Of a stretch of 64,000 nt of DNA, positions 33,450-43,610 are shown piece after piece. Numbering within the stretch: the first letter of the stretch is position 1; the number at the start of each line of letters is the position of its first letter. Both the position numbers and the translations under genes were made by a program. This DNA is from Pseudomonadota bacterium (lineage in GTDB: Bacteria > Pseudomonadota > Alphaproteobacteria > Sphingomonadales > Sphingomonadaceae). The notes beneath the pieces were generated by a model. That model did not search any database. It was not told the DNA's origin and saw nothing but the letters and a program-made list of their open reading frames with translations. The stretch lies in the NCBI GenBank assembly GCA_039814925.1, contig JBCCAH010000010.1, positions 21,606 through 85,605 on the forward strand. The letters run 5' to 3'.

Positions 33450-36443
33450 TTACCAGGCGACTTGGAAGCCACCGCGTGCGCCGACTTCGCCGCTGTCGAG
33501 GCCAACGCCCATACCAGCGGAGAACGAGGCGTTTTCGCTGATGCGCGCGCTAAAGGCGAGCGAGCCAGCGCCACGGTCCTGGAAGTAACCCACACCGCCC
33601 GACAGAGCGAAGTTGGTACCCGGCTGGAGCGACGGGCTTTCCATGGCCAGAGCCATCGCGACGCCTTCGTTGGCGCGGTTGATCAGCTCACGGTTGGCGG
33701 CCGTTTGACCGAACAGCGTATTGATCTGACCTTGCTGCGCTCCGGTGAGGGTTTGCAGCGCGGTGATGTTACCCGCGTTGGTCGAGATGCCGGCCGCGTT
33801 GGTGGCAATGTCCGCCGCGTTGACCGCGATCGCAGCCTGGTTAGCTGAGATGTTGGTAACGTTGGTGGCGATGCCCGTGGCGTTCGTCGCAATGTCCATC
33901 ACGTTCGTGGCGATGTTGGTCGCGTTGGTGGCGATGGCGCCTTCGTTCGCTGTAACACGCGTATCGAGACCTGTGATCGCCATTGCGTTGGCACCGATCG
34001 AAGTGGTGTTGGCCGCAATGTTGGTCGCGTTGGTCGCGATGTCAGTCGTGTTGGTGGCGATGTTGGTGGCGTTGGTCGCGATATCGGTCACGTTCGTGGC
34101 GATTTGCGTTTCGTTTGCGGTGACCCGGGTGTCGAGCCCAGTGATCGCCATCGCGTTGGCACCGATTGCAGCCGTGTTCGTATCGATGTTGGTCTGCAGC
34201 GTCGTATCAGCCGCAATACGTGCAGCTTCCTCGGCGTCGATGTTGTTTTGCAACGTCGTGTCGGCTGCGGCGCGTGTGGCCGCCTCAGTGTCGATGTTGT
34301 CCTGCAACGTCGTGTCAGCTGCGATACGCGCGGCCGTTTCGGCGGTAATCGCCGCCGCGTTGGCTGCGATATCCTGGTCATTTGCGAAGATATCAGCCGC
34401 GTTCTGCGTGATATTCGTCGCGTTGTCGGCGATATTAGCCGCGTTCTGAGCGATGTCAGTGTCGTTCGACAGGATATTCGCCGCATTGGTGGCAATGTCA
34501 CCCTCATTGGTGGTCACGCGACCATCAAGAGCGGTAATTGCCGCGTCGGCAGCTGCGATATCAGACGCATTTTGCGCGATATCGACATCGTTGGACTGGA
34601 TCGCAGCCAGATTGGCCGCGATATCCGCTTCGTTTGTCGTCACACGGCCATCGAGAGCCGTGATGTCCGCTTCGTTGGTCGTCACACGGCCATCGAGAGC
34701 GGTGATGTCCGCAGCGTTCGTTGCGATGTTCGTCGCGTTCGTGGTGATATCAGCCGTGTTGGTTGCGATGTTCGTCGCGTTCGTGGCGATATCGGCCGTG
34801 TTGGTTGCGATATCGTCGAGAACGTCCTGAACAACCGGGCCCGTACCCAGCGTGCCCGTGCTATCAACCGTCGCGAAGTTCACAGCTCCGCCTTGCGCTG
34901 CGGTGCTCGCGGCGATGTCGCCCACGGTTACCGAGCTGCCTGCACCGCCCAGTTTGACCTGGCCGTCGCGATCCGTGGCTGCATCAGCGCCAACAGCGGT
35001 TGAACCCGCAAAGTCAGCGGTCGCGTCACTGCCAAGCGCGGTCGCGCTGTCACCACCGGCAATCGATGCGGCACCCACTGCCGTTGAGTTTGCGCCCGAA
35101 GCAGCGGCCGCAGTACCAAGCGCGGATGCGTCTTCCGCTGTAGCGGCCGCGGACACGCCGAAGGCCGCTGCACCGTCCGAGTCGGCAAGACTGCTGCTAC
35201 CAGCCGCTGTTGAGTCGGCTCCCGAAGCGACAGCTAGCGAACCGAAGGCGGATGCGAAATCGCCCGAAGCCGAAGAAAGGCTACCCGTGCTGGTCGAACC
35301 GAGGCCAGCGCCGCTGGCTCCAGCACCGACTGCAACCGCACCGTCACCGGCGGCGCCGGAAAGGACACCAAGGGAGACGCTGCTCGCGCCACCCGAAGCG
35401 GCGTCAAGACCGATAGCAACCGACGAATCGCCGCTTGCGTCTGCACCGGTGAGGTTTCCGTCCAGATCACCACCGATTGCAATGCCGCCGCTTGCGCTGG
35501 CGGAAGAGAGGTTGCCTACCGCAATCGCCTGGAGGCCAGAAGCGTTGGCCGCTTCGCCCACGGCGAGCGAGCGAACACCCGAAGCGTTGGCGAGGTGACC
35601 AAGAGCCTGAGCGCGTTCCGCGCTGGCCGAAGAACGCCAACCGAAGGCCGAAGCGCCGGCGCCGACAGCGTTAGCTTCACCGCCAACCGCCGTGGTCGAG
35701 TTACCGACAGCGTTCGCGCCCGAGTCAGCGTCATCGCCACCGATGGCGAGAGCATCGATACCGTCCGCGTTGGCGTCATTACCAATTGCGATCGAAGCTT
35801 CGCCGATCGCGGTCGTGCGCGTACCAACGGCAACAGCGCGGTTCTGCGTCGCAAGCGAATCGGCACCGATCGCGACCGTGTTCGATTCGGTGGTGCGCGC
35901 CTGCGTACCCAGAGCGACCGAGTTGGAGCCGAGCGAAACAGCGCCGTTACCGATCGCGGTCGAGCCCGAAGCGCCTGCATTGGTGCGACGGCCGATAGCG
36001 ATCGCGTTGCCGCCATTGGCGGTCGCGTCGAGGCCGATTGCGGTGTCGTTCACCTGCAGCGCTTCTGCGTCGGTGCCGATAGCGATGGTTTCATCCGCCG
36101 AAGCTTCGGCACGCGTACCGATAGCGGTCGAGCGTTCGCCCGTCGCTTGGGAGTCCGTGCCGTAAGCAGCGGCGTCTTCGCCTGTTGCCATCGAACGGGT
36201 CCCGAACGCGGTTGCACGATCGCCTGAGGCGACTGAGTCGACGCCACAAGCCAGCGAGTCAGTGCCCGAGCCGTTGCCGATGACAACGCCATCACCAAAA
36301 CCGTCATTGTCGGTGTCGAGCACACACTGATCAGCGTGCGCAGGAGTGGCACCAATCGAAAAAGCAGCGACCGAAACGGCCGTCGCGATGACGAGAGCGG
36401 AAGCGCCTCGTTTCAATTCAAGACTCATTCTATGCATTTTCAT
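33450..36443 (-). CDS. Trimeric autotransporter adhesin (YadA-like)
   Basis: Signal peptide; about 30 14-aa YadA head repeats (e.g. ATGERSTAIGTRAE); I/N heptad stalk (NATNIAT); anchor ANEGVAMALAM ... GARGGFQVAW. Confidence 0.92.
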   Translation of the reverse strand: MKMHRMSLELKRGASALVIATAVSVAAFSIGATPAHADQCVLDTDNDGFGDGVVIGNGSGTDSLACGVDSVASGDRATAFGTRSMATGEDAAAYGTDSQATGERSTAIGTRAEASADETIAIGTDAEALQVNDTAIGLDATANGGNAIAIGRRTNAGASGSTAIGNGAVSLGSNSVALGTQARTTESNTVAIGADSLATQNRAVAVGTRTTAIGEASIAIGNDANADGIDALAIGGDDADSGANAVGNSTTAVGGEANAVGAGASAFGWRSSASAERAQALGHLANASGVRSLAVGEAANASGLQAIAVGNLSSASASGGIAIGGDLDGNLTGADASGDSSVAIGLDAASGGASSVSLGVLSGAAGDGAVAVGAGASGAGLGSTSTGSLSSASGDFASAFGSLAVASGADSTAAGSSSLADSDGAAAFGVSAAATAEDASALGTAAAASGANSTAVGAASIAGGDSATALGSDATADFAGSTAVGADAATDRDGQVKLGGAGSSVTVGDIAASTAAQGGAVNFATVDSTGTLGTGPVVQDVLDDIATNTADIATNATNIATNTADITTNATNIATNAADITALDGRVTTNEADITALDGRVTTNEADIAANLAAIQSNDVDIAQNASDIAAADAAITALDGRVTTNEGDIATNAANILSNDTDIAQNAANIADNATNITQNAADIFANDQDIAANAAAITAETAARIAADTTLQDNIDTEAATRAAADTTLQNNIDAEEAARIAADTTLQTNIDTNTAAIGANAMAITGLDTRVTANETQIATNVTDIATNATNIATNTTDIATNATNIAANTTSIGANAMAITGLDTRVTANEGAIATNATNIATNVMDIATNATGIATNVTNISANQAAIAVNAADIATNAAGISTNAGNITALQTLTGAQQGQINTLFGQTAANRELINRANEGVAMALAMESPSLQPGTNFALSGGVGYFQDRGAGSLAFSARISENASFSAGMGVGLDSGEVGARGGFQVAW

Positions 36444-36773
36444 ACTCCCCCAGGGCAGTCGAGCGACTCGACCAACCAGAAATCGGATCGTCGTTCACAA
36501 ACATTTTCAGGAGGATAGTAGCACCGCGATGGTTAACCACGCGTTGTTCCCCCCGTTTATGCCGAACTACGCGATCCTACTTATTCTGGAACACCCTGCC
36601 TGCGCAAGGGGGTCTTGTTACTGTTTTTCTTGCTTTAAGGGCGGAAAATTGTCCTACATGGGACATTGAAAGCGGGGGTACGCGTAGTTTCGAATTTACG
36701 ATAGATGTGAACCAACTCAGGGGCTTCTCGCTCCACAAGGTTCGCGGGACGACAATCGAGAGTTTGCACAACA

Positions 36774-38186
36774 TTGGCTAACGACACGCTGATTTCATTC
36801 GAGCCGGCCACCGGAGAACAGCTTTGGAGCGCACCGCACACCGATGTGGCGTCAGCGGTGGGTCGCGCGCGCAAAGCGTGGCCGTCCTGGGCCGCGATGG
36901 CGGTGGGAACACGGATCGAGATCACCAGGCGATTCGCGAACGAGGTGCGAAAACGCGCTGATGAATTCGCCTATCTAATCGCGCGTGAGGCGGGAAAGCC
37001 GCTGTGGGAAGCGACCACCGAAGTTGAGGCGGTGATCAACAAGGTCGACATTTCCGTTGCCGCCTATGCCGAACGAACCGGCAAAAAACGACATGACAGC
37101 GCGCTTCAAGGGGCCAGCGCGCTCCGCCACAAGCCACACGGTGTCATGGCCGTCCTGGGGCCGTACAATTTTCCGGCGCATCTGCCGAACGGGCACATCA
37201 TCCCGGCGCTGATTGCGGGCAACACGGTCTTGTTCAAACCATCCGAAAAAACACCCGCTTCGGGCGAAATGCTGGTTGAGTGCTTGAATGCGGCCGGTTT
37301 GCCAGAGGATATCGTCCAACTTGTGATCGGCGGGCCCGACGAAGGGAGAGAACTCGTCGCGCATCCTGGCGTCGACGGTGTGCTTTTCACCGGTTCTGCG
37401 CAAACGGGTATTGCCATCAATCGAAAACTTGCCGCCAATCCCGGTAAAATAGTGGCGCTTGAGATGGGCGGGAACAACCCGCTCGTGGTGATCGACACAC
37501 CGAAACTCGCAGACGCCGCCGTTCTGATCGCTCAAAGCGCATTCACCACCGCAGGCCAGCGCTGCACGGCGGCGCGGCGATTGATCGTCAAAGAAAGCGT
37601 CTATGACGAATTGATGCTCGAACTGCTGCCGTTGGTGCGCAAGCTGATCGTGGGCGATCCCCTGGCCGAACCCCAACCTTTTATGGGCCCAGTGATCGAC
37701 ACGGAGGCCGCAGAAACTCTCAATGACGCGTTCGTCACTTTGGTCACCGCAGGGGGCAAGGCGCTTTTGCCAATGCGACAGCCAATGGCGAACAAACCAT
37801 TCCTTACGCCAGGTATCATCGAAACGACCGCAATCCCCGAACGCCCCGATATCGAATTGTTCGGACCGATCCTGCAAGTCATCAAAGTGCCCGATCTCGA
37901 CGCTGGGATCGCCGAAGCGAACAACACGAGATTTGGCCTGTCAGCTTCGCTGATTGGCGGTTCGCCAGAAGATTACGGGCGATTTTGGGCGAACATTCGA
38001 GCGGGCATAATCAACTGGAATCGCCCCACAAATGGCGCCTCTTCTGACGCGCCTTTCGGCGGCATCGGTTTATCCGGCAACCATCGCCCCGCCGCATTCT
38101 ACGCCGCGGATTACTGCGCTTATCCCGTGGCGAGCAACGAAATGGAACAGCCGCGCGCCAATATCGGCGTGGGACTCAAAGAGTAG
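36774..38186 (+). CDS. astD: N-succinylglutamate 5-semialdehyde dehydrogenase
   Basis: HKPHGVMAVLGPYNFPAHLPNGH, FTGS, LEMGGNNP, GQRCT, ELFGP, SGNHRP. Confidence 0.9.
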   Translation: MANDTLISFEPATGEQLWSAPHTDVASAVGRARKAWPSWAAMAVGTRIEITRRFANEVRKRADEFAYLIAREAGKPLWEATTEVEAVINKVDISVAAYAERTGKKRHDSALQGASALRHKPHGVMAVLGPYNFPAHLPNGHIIPALIAGNTVLFKPSEKTPASGEMLVECLNAAGLPEDIVQLVIGGPDEGRELVAHPGVDGVLFTGSAQTGIAINRKLAANPGKIVALEMGGNNPLVVIDTPKLADAAVLIAQSAFTTAGQRCTAARRLIVKESVYDELMLELLPLVRKLIVGDPLAEPQPFMGPVIDTEAAETLNDAFVTLVTAGGKALLPMRQPMANKPFLTPGIIETTAIPERPDIELFGPILQVIKVPDLDAGIAEANNTRFGLSASLIGGSPEDYGRFWANIRAGIINWNRPTNGASSDAPFGGIGLSGNHRPAAFYAADYCAYPVASNEMEQPRANIGVGLKE

Positions 38187-38203
38187 ACGCCACCACCCGA
38201 GGA

Positions 38204-38923
38204 TCAGCGCGCCCAGGTTACCACATCCACCGCGGTGAGGTTGCCGGAAGTGGCTCGAGCAAAGACGCGCAGAAAAGTGCCTCGTCGGTCCGCGGTCAGA
38301 CTGGCTTCCGGTTCAGCAAAATAGCTAACTTCAAACCCTTCGCGTGTCGCAATGGTGTAGTGGTATTGAAGCGCATCCACAATTGGGACCGGCGTAACAT
38401 AGCGCACCAGCCGCAAGTCACATTCCGGTGCCTCGACCGCTGCAGCCACGCGAACCATGCCATGGGGCATCACGCGAGCGATATCCGGCAAGCTCGCCGC
38501 ATAGGCGAAATCACCCTCAATATCTTTGCGGCAACGCGGCGGTGCACCGACCACTTCAAGCACCGCTTCAACGCCGTACTGGTTGGCAAGACTTGCAGGA
38601 CCCGGTTCGAGGCTGGGCATGGGCAGATCGCGGATTGGCCCCTCCTCCAACAGTTCAAGCCGCGCCACTTCGCGCGCAGCGCTGACGCTTTCTTCGGTGC
38701 CTTTGAACGAGGGTAACGCGTGGTCATAGCCGATCGTGATCGCCGCGTTGGCTTCGTTACGATAGGCGAGATCAGGATCCACCATGAGAGGATCGTTGAG
38801 CGCGCGGGCGATGTAGGGGTCGACTTCGTTGACGATCGCTGTTTGCTCGGCCGTGGGGTTACCCCCACAGGCCGATAAGGCGAACGCAAGAAGTGCGACC
38901 GTCGAAAGAGCTTGGCTGCGCAT
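38204..38923 (-). CDS. Hypothetical lipoprotein
   Basis: Lipobox LSAC; ALNDPLMVDPDL motif. Confidence 0.72.
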   Translation of the reverse strand: MRSQALSTVALLAFALSACGGNPTAEQTAIVNEVDPYIARALNDPLMVDPDLAYRNEANAAITIGYDHALPSFKGTEESVSAAREVARLELLEEGPIRDLPMPSLEPGPASLANQYGVEAVLEVVGAPPRCRKDIEGDFAYAASLPDIARVMPHGMVRVAAAVEAPECDLRLVRYVTPVPIVDALQYHYTIATREGFEVSYFAEPEASLTADRRGTFLRVFARATSGNLTAVDVVTWAR

Positions 38924-39274
38924 GACAATGTCTTGCCACGGTTTGGTTAACAATCCGGTTCTGGCGGCCCTCATTGACGCATACGAAAACGCCCCCATAC
39001 CGCGAGCGGCATGAAGGCGCTTCCCACGGCTGGTGGAAGCCGCGCCCGGACCATTGGTGGGATGGCCCAAGTTGGTAAAAGCCGATGAGGGACTTGGTGG
39101 AGGATACCCTCACCAGCGATCTTGTTCATTTATAATCACCTTTACCTGAACGCAGTGACAGCAGGATTTGCAGGGGTTGTTCAGGAAAATCGCCTCAAAC
39201 CTGACTATCAACACGCTGGTTTGAGAGCAAAGGCGGCGCTTGCGCCGGGTCGATAGCGGCCCTACGGCGCAGCG

Positions 39275-40198
39275 ATGACGACCGGCGAACCCCAAACCAA
39301 CCCGAACCATCCTTCGGGCTTGCCTCAAGCGTTGGGTGCCTATTTGATTTGGGGCTTTCTGCCGCTCTATTTCATTCTCGTGTCCGCGATCCCGCCGTTC
39401 GAATTTGTCGGCTGGCGGATCATTTGGACGCTTCCACTTTGTATTTTGATTGTCGCGGTCAGACGCCAGTTTCCCGAGGTGATCGCCGCCCTGAAAGACA
39501 GGCGGGCGCTTTTCATGCTGGCTCTCAGCGCCGCTTTGATCGCGGCCAACTGGTTTGTGTATGTCTGGGCGATCGTTGAAGGGCATGTCTATGCAACATC
39601 GCTTGGCTATTACCTCAATCCCTTGCTGAATGTTCTGCTCGGCACCATGCTTTTGGGGGAGAGACTTTCGAAATGGCAGTGGCTTGCGGTCGCCATCGCC
39701 GCTTGCGCGGTTGGTCTGCTGGCCTGGGGCGCCCTCACCACATTGTGGATCAGCCTCAGCCTTGCTTTCAGTTTCGGACTTTATGGCATCGTGCGCAAAC
39801 AGGTGAATGTCGGCGCCTTGCCCGGCCTCACGATCGAAAGCGCCATTCTGCTCATCCCCGCGAGCGCGATAGTAGCCACCTACGCGACCAGCGAGGCTGG
39901 CACCGTTTTCGGACAGGATATGCGCCTAAGCGCGTTGATCATCTTTTCCGGTGTGCTTACCGCGACCCCGCTTTTGCTGTTTGCGATTGCCGCGCGGCGG
40001 ATGGAATACTCAACGCTCGGCTTCATTCAATACATGGCGCCGACGATCGTGTTCTTGCTGGGCTTGTTTGTCTTCGGCGAGGAGCTGAAACTCGCGCAAT
40101 TGGGCAGTTTCGCGCTAATCTGGACCGCCGTGGCCATTTTTGTCGGCGACTTGGTGGTGCGAAACCGCCGGGCCAAGCGAGCGCAACTCGCAACCTAG
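39275..40198 (+). CDS. rarD: EamA-family transporter RarD
   Basis: AYLIWGFLPLYF, SLGYYLNPL, LGFIQYMAPT. Confidence 0.92.
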   Translation: MTTGEPQTNPNHPSGLPQALGAYLIWGFLPLYFILVSAIPPFEFVGWRIIWTLPLCILIVAVRRQFPEVIAALKDRRALFMLALSAALIAANWFVYVWAIVEGHVYATSLGYYLNPLLNVLLGTMLLGERLSKWQWLAVAIAACAVGLLAWGALTTLWISLSLAFSFGLYGIVRKQVNVGALPGLTIESAILLIPASAIVATYATSEAGTVFGQDMRLSALIIFSGVLTATPLLLFAIAARRMEYSTLGFIQYMAPTIVFLLGLFVFGEELKLAQLGSFALIWTAVAIFVGDLVVRNRRAKRAQLAT

Positions 40199-41250
40199 GC
40201 CAGACTTACGAACTTCCATCCAATGGTCTGCCCACCGTGCCACGGTACGATTGTCTGGCCGACGAGTGGCAGCTCTTCAGGCACAGCGACCTCCACGCGT
40301 TCCAGCGTGACCGTCTCATCATTGACCGGCAGCTTGTAAAAGGCCGGGCCATTGAGCGAGGCAAAGGCCTCAAACCGGTCCAGCGCGCCTTCCTCATCAA
40401 ACACCGTCGCATAGCTTTCCAGCGCGTAGGGCGCACCGAAGATCCCGGCGCATCCGCAGTCGCTCTCTTTATCACCGCGCAAATGCGGCGCGCTGTCCGT
40501 GCCTAAAAAGAACTTATTGGCGATGGCTGGATCAGCGCTAGTCGCGGCCGCCCGCAAGGCGAGCCTGTGCGTCTCTCGCTTGGCAACGGGCAGACAGTAA
40601 TTGTGCGGCTGTATGCCGCCCACGAGCATCGCGTTGCGATTGATGTGAAGGTGCTGCGGTGTGATGGTCGCGGCGATCTTGTCGCTGCCCGCCTTGACGA
40701 ACTCTACGGCTTCGGACGTGGTGATGTGTTCAAAAACAATCCGCAAGTTCGGAAAGGTCGAAGCGATCTTGCCCAGATATCGATCAATAAACTCCGCCTC
40801 GCGGTCAAACACGTCGATATCCGCATCGACCACCTCGCCGTGGATGCACAGGACGATGTCCTCTTTCTCCATGCGTTCGAAGACAGGGAAAATCCCTTCG
40901 ACATCGGTGACACCGCTCGCAGAGTTCGTGGTGGCGTTCGCGGGATACATCTTGGCGGCGGCGAACACCCCCTCGCCTGCCCCCAACGCCAGATCATCGG
41001 GATCGGTGCCATCAGTAAGATAGCAGGTCATCAGCGGCGTGAAGTCGACACCTTCAGGCACCGCCGCGTTGATCCGATCGCGATATTCGCGCGCCAGCTG
41101 CATGGTGGTCACCGGCGGCGAGAGATTGGGCATAACAATCGCGCGCGCAAACTGGCGGGCCGTGTAAGGCACCACTCCGCGCATGATATCTCCATCACGA
41201 AAATGCAGATGCCAATCGTCGGGGCGGCGGATCGTGATCGTCTCTGTCAT
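40195..41250 (-). CDS. pyrC: Dihydroorotase (type II)
   Basis: DWHLHFRDG, HGE, EHIT, LGTDSAPH. Confidence 0.96.
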   Translation of the reverse strand: MTETITIRRPDDWHLHFRDGDIMRGVVPYTARQFARAIVMPNLSPPVTTMQLAREYRDRINAAVPEGVDFTPLMTCYLTDGTDPDDLALGAGEGVFAAAKMYPANATTNSASGVTDVEGIFPVFERMEKEDIVLCIHGEVVDADIDVFDREAEFIDRYLGKIASTFPNLRIVFEHITTSEAVEFVKAGSDKIAATITPQHLHINRNAMLVGGIQPHNYCLPVAKRETHRLALRAAATSADPAIANKFFLGTDSAPHLRGDKESDCGCAGIFGAPYALESYATVFDEEGALDRFEAFASLNGPAFYKLPVNDETVTLERVEVAVPEELPLVGQTIVPWHGGQTIGWKFVSLA

Positions 41251-41318
41251 GATTGCCCCTCTAATCTGTGACGAGAGGGCTTTCCAGTGCCCGATCATGG
41301 CCGTACACGGCCTGCGCA

Positions 41319-42206
41319 ATGACGACTGTAGCTTTCCTCGCTTGCGCGACCACCGTGCCCGGTTCCGGAGAACGTCGCGGTGACGCCTTCGAACACGATT
41401 TGATGATTGCCAACCTCGAGCCCGCCTTTGCAGCCAAAGGGCTAAACCTGCGCGTTATCGATTGGGAAGCGCCGCTATCGGAGTTCAACGGCGTGGACGC
41501 TGCGCTGCTGGGGACCGCATGGAATTACCAAGATCGCTCCGACGCGTTTCTGGAAAAGCTGACCGCGTTGCAGGCCAAGGGCGTCGCTATTCACAACCCG
41601 CCAGATCTGGTTCGCTGGAACATCATCAAAACCTATTTGCGTGAGCTGGAGACGGCTGGAGTACGCACGATCCCGACCTTGTGGCGTGAGACGGTCACGC
41701 AAAAGGGCGTGATAGAAGCGCTCGAAGTCTTTGAATGCGACCGGGTCGTGGTTAAACGCCAGGTTGGCGCGGGGGCCGAGGGACAAGAGCTTATGCACCG
41801 TTCCAGCCTGCCGGGACCCGATTGGTCCTTTGGGGCACCAGCGATGATCCAGCCCTATCTTCCCGCAATCGCCACCGAAGGCGAGTTGAGCTTTATCATC
41901 GTGGACGGCGCGATCAGCCACGCTTTGGTCAAACGCGCGGCGGATGGCGAATACCGTATCCAGTCGCTCTATGGCGGCACCGAAGATCACTATCAGCCCA
42001 GCACCGACGACCTCGCCACCGCGAAAGCCGTGTTGGACGCGGTGCCGTTCGACACTCCGCTCTACGCGCGTATCGACATGCTGCGAATGGAAGATGGTAA
42101 CCTCGCCCTTATGGAAGCCGAGCTGATCGAACCCTATCTCTATCCCGTACAAGGCCCGCAACTGGGCGAGCGCCTTGCGGATGCGATTGTAAAGAGAATC
42201 CGATGA
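41319..42206 (+). CDS. ATP-grasp protein, RimK/glutathione-synthetase-like
   Basis: WNIIKTYL, VVKRQVGAG, MIQPYLP, GELSF, ARIDM, MEAELIEP. Confidence 0.8.
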   Translation: MTTVAFLACATTVPGSGERRGDAFEHDLMIANLEPAFAAKGLNLRVIDWEAPLSEFNGVDAALLGTAWNYQDRSDAFLEKLTALQAKGVAIHNPPDLVRWNIIKTYLRELETAGVRTIPTLWRETVTQKGVIEALEVFECDRVVVKRQVGAGAEGQELMHRSSLPGPDWSFGAPAMIQPYLPAIATEGELSFIIVDGAISHALVKRAADGEYRIQSLYGGTEDHYQPSTDDLATAKAVLDAVPFDTPLYARIDMLRMEDGNLALMEAELIEPYLYPVQGPQLGERLADAIVKRIR

Positions 42207-42931
42207 GCGCAACACATTTAGCTTTAAGGGCCCTGGTGCGCCTCGCGCCGCGCGAGCCTGGCGAAGACGTTCGCGGGTTTCTTCAGGGACTTGTGACCAA
42301 TGACGTGTCCGGTGACCTGCCGGTCTACGCCGCACTGTTGAGCGCGCAAGGCAAGGCGATGTTCGACTTTATCGTCTGGGACGGCGGAGATGGGGCGTTG
42401 CTGCTGGACTGCGAGGCAGCGATTGCGCTGGATTTGGTCAAGCGCCTGTCGCTTTATCGTCTGCGCCGCCAGATCGATATTGGCCTGGAAGAAGCGCTGG
42501 GGGTGCACTGGTCCTCCGCAACGGCTGAGGGCGCTGTGAAGGACCCGCGGCTCACGGCGCTTGGCCATCGCTGGTTGGCAGCTCCCAATGGCGATCCCGC
42601 TGATGCGGCGTGGATGACGCATCGCCTTTCGCTCGGTGTGCCTGAAGGCGTGGCTGAGTTGGGCGATATCCTGTGGTTGGAAACCAACGCAGTCGAACTG
42701 GGCGGGGTAAGCTTTGAAAAGGGCTGCTATGTAGGCCAGGAAAACACCGCCCGCATGAACTGGCGGCAGAAGGTGAACCGCCGTCTTGTCGTGGTGCCGT
42801 TGGACGCATCAGACGAGAAGCGGCGGAAAGTCGCGTATCCAGAGGCTCGGCTGGCCATCGATCACTTGCGCGTGGCGGATATTGATCCTGCGGCGCTGCC
42901 GGATTGGCAACGCGCTGGTCTTTCAGAATAG
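42203..42931 (+). CDS. ygfZ: Folate-binding Fe-S/tRNA-modification factor YgfZ/Iba57
   Basis: FLQGLVTND, KGCYVGQE signature. Confidence 0.92.
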   Translation: MSATHLALRALVRLAPREPGEDVRGFLQGLVTNDVSGDLPVYAALLSAQGKAMFDFIVWDGGDGALLLDCEAAIALDLVKRLSLYRLRRQIDIGLEEALGVHWSSATAEGAVKDPRLTALGHRWLAAPNGDPADAAWMTHRLSLGVPEGVAELGDILWLETNAVELGGVSFEKGCYVGQENTARMNWRQKVNRRLVVVPLDASDEKRRKVAYPEARLAIDHLRVADIDPAALPDWQRAGLSE

Positions 42932-42950
42932 AATCTAAAAGATCGACCTC

Positions 42951-43547
42951 TCAGGTCGTTTGATAGCGTTCCATAGACGCTTCAAGAGCTTGCTGAGCGC
43001 GTTCGCGGGCCGCGTCGCGAGGCAGCCCCAAGGATTTTGCCAACGCCGCACCGATTAATGCGTCACCGAGCGCTAAGAGCACGAGATTAAGAGTGTCGCG
43101 GTGGACTGGCTGATCCTCTTCCACGCAAACGGCCTCCTCCGTAGCGATTTCATCGACGAGTGCGTGGATAGTGGTAATGATGGGTGCGAGGGCGTCTTCA
43201 TTACCGGTCAGAAGCATCCAGCTGGTTAGCGCGCCGGCTCCTTCGCGATCGAACGCGTCAAACGTCAGGTCCACCACCTCGCGAGCGGATCCAAGCCCGG
43301 CGCGGCTCGCATGGACCGCCTCTTTAATGGTCTCGCACACCGTCGTAGCCAAATGCCCCGCAAGCGCCTTTTGTAGCCCCGAAGCCGATCCGAAGTGGTG
43401 CAAAAGATTCGCGTGCGTTCGCCCGATCCGCGTCGCCACGGCCTTGAGGGTGACCGATTGCGGACCAGTTTCGATAAGAAGAGCGCGCGCAGCAGCCAAA
43501 GCGCTGGCTCGCGATTCTTCGGGTGTTAAACGTTTGCGACTTGTCAT
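42951..43547 (-). CDS. TetR/AcrR-family regulator
   Basis: VTLKAVATRIGRTHANLLHHFGS HTH. Confidence 0.88.
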   Translation of the reverse strand: MTSRKRLTPEESRASALAAARALLIETGPQSVTLKAVATRIGRTHANLLHHFGSASGLQKALAGHLATTVCETIKEAVHASRAGLGSAREVVDLTFDAFDREGAGALTSWMLLTGNEDALAPIITTIHALVDEIATEEAVCVEEDQPVHRDTLNLVLLALGDALIGAALAKSLGLPRDAARERAQQALEASMERYQTT

Positions 43548-43610
43548 TGCGGCTGACCCTAAGCGCAATCATGCACCGCGACAAGCGAGCGGCTCAACAA
43601 GGCACGTTGA

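Noticed and set aside
33720-34830. Tandem DNA repeats as a possible CRISPR array
   Set aside because: They are in-frame coding heptads of the adhesin stalk, with no unique spacers or cas genes
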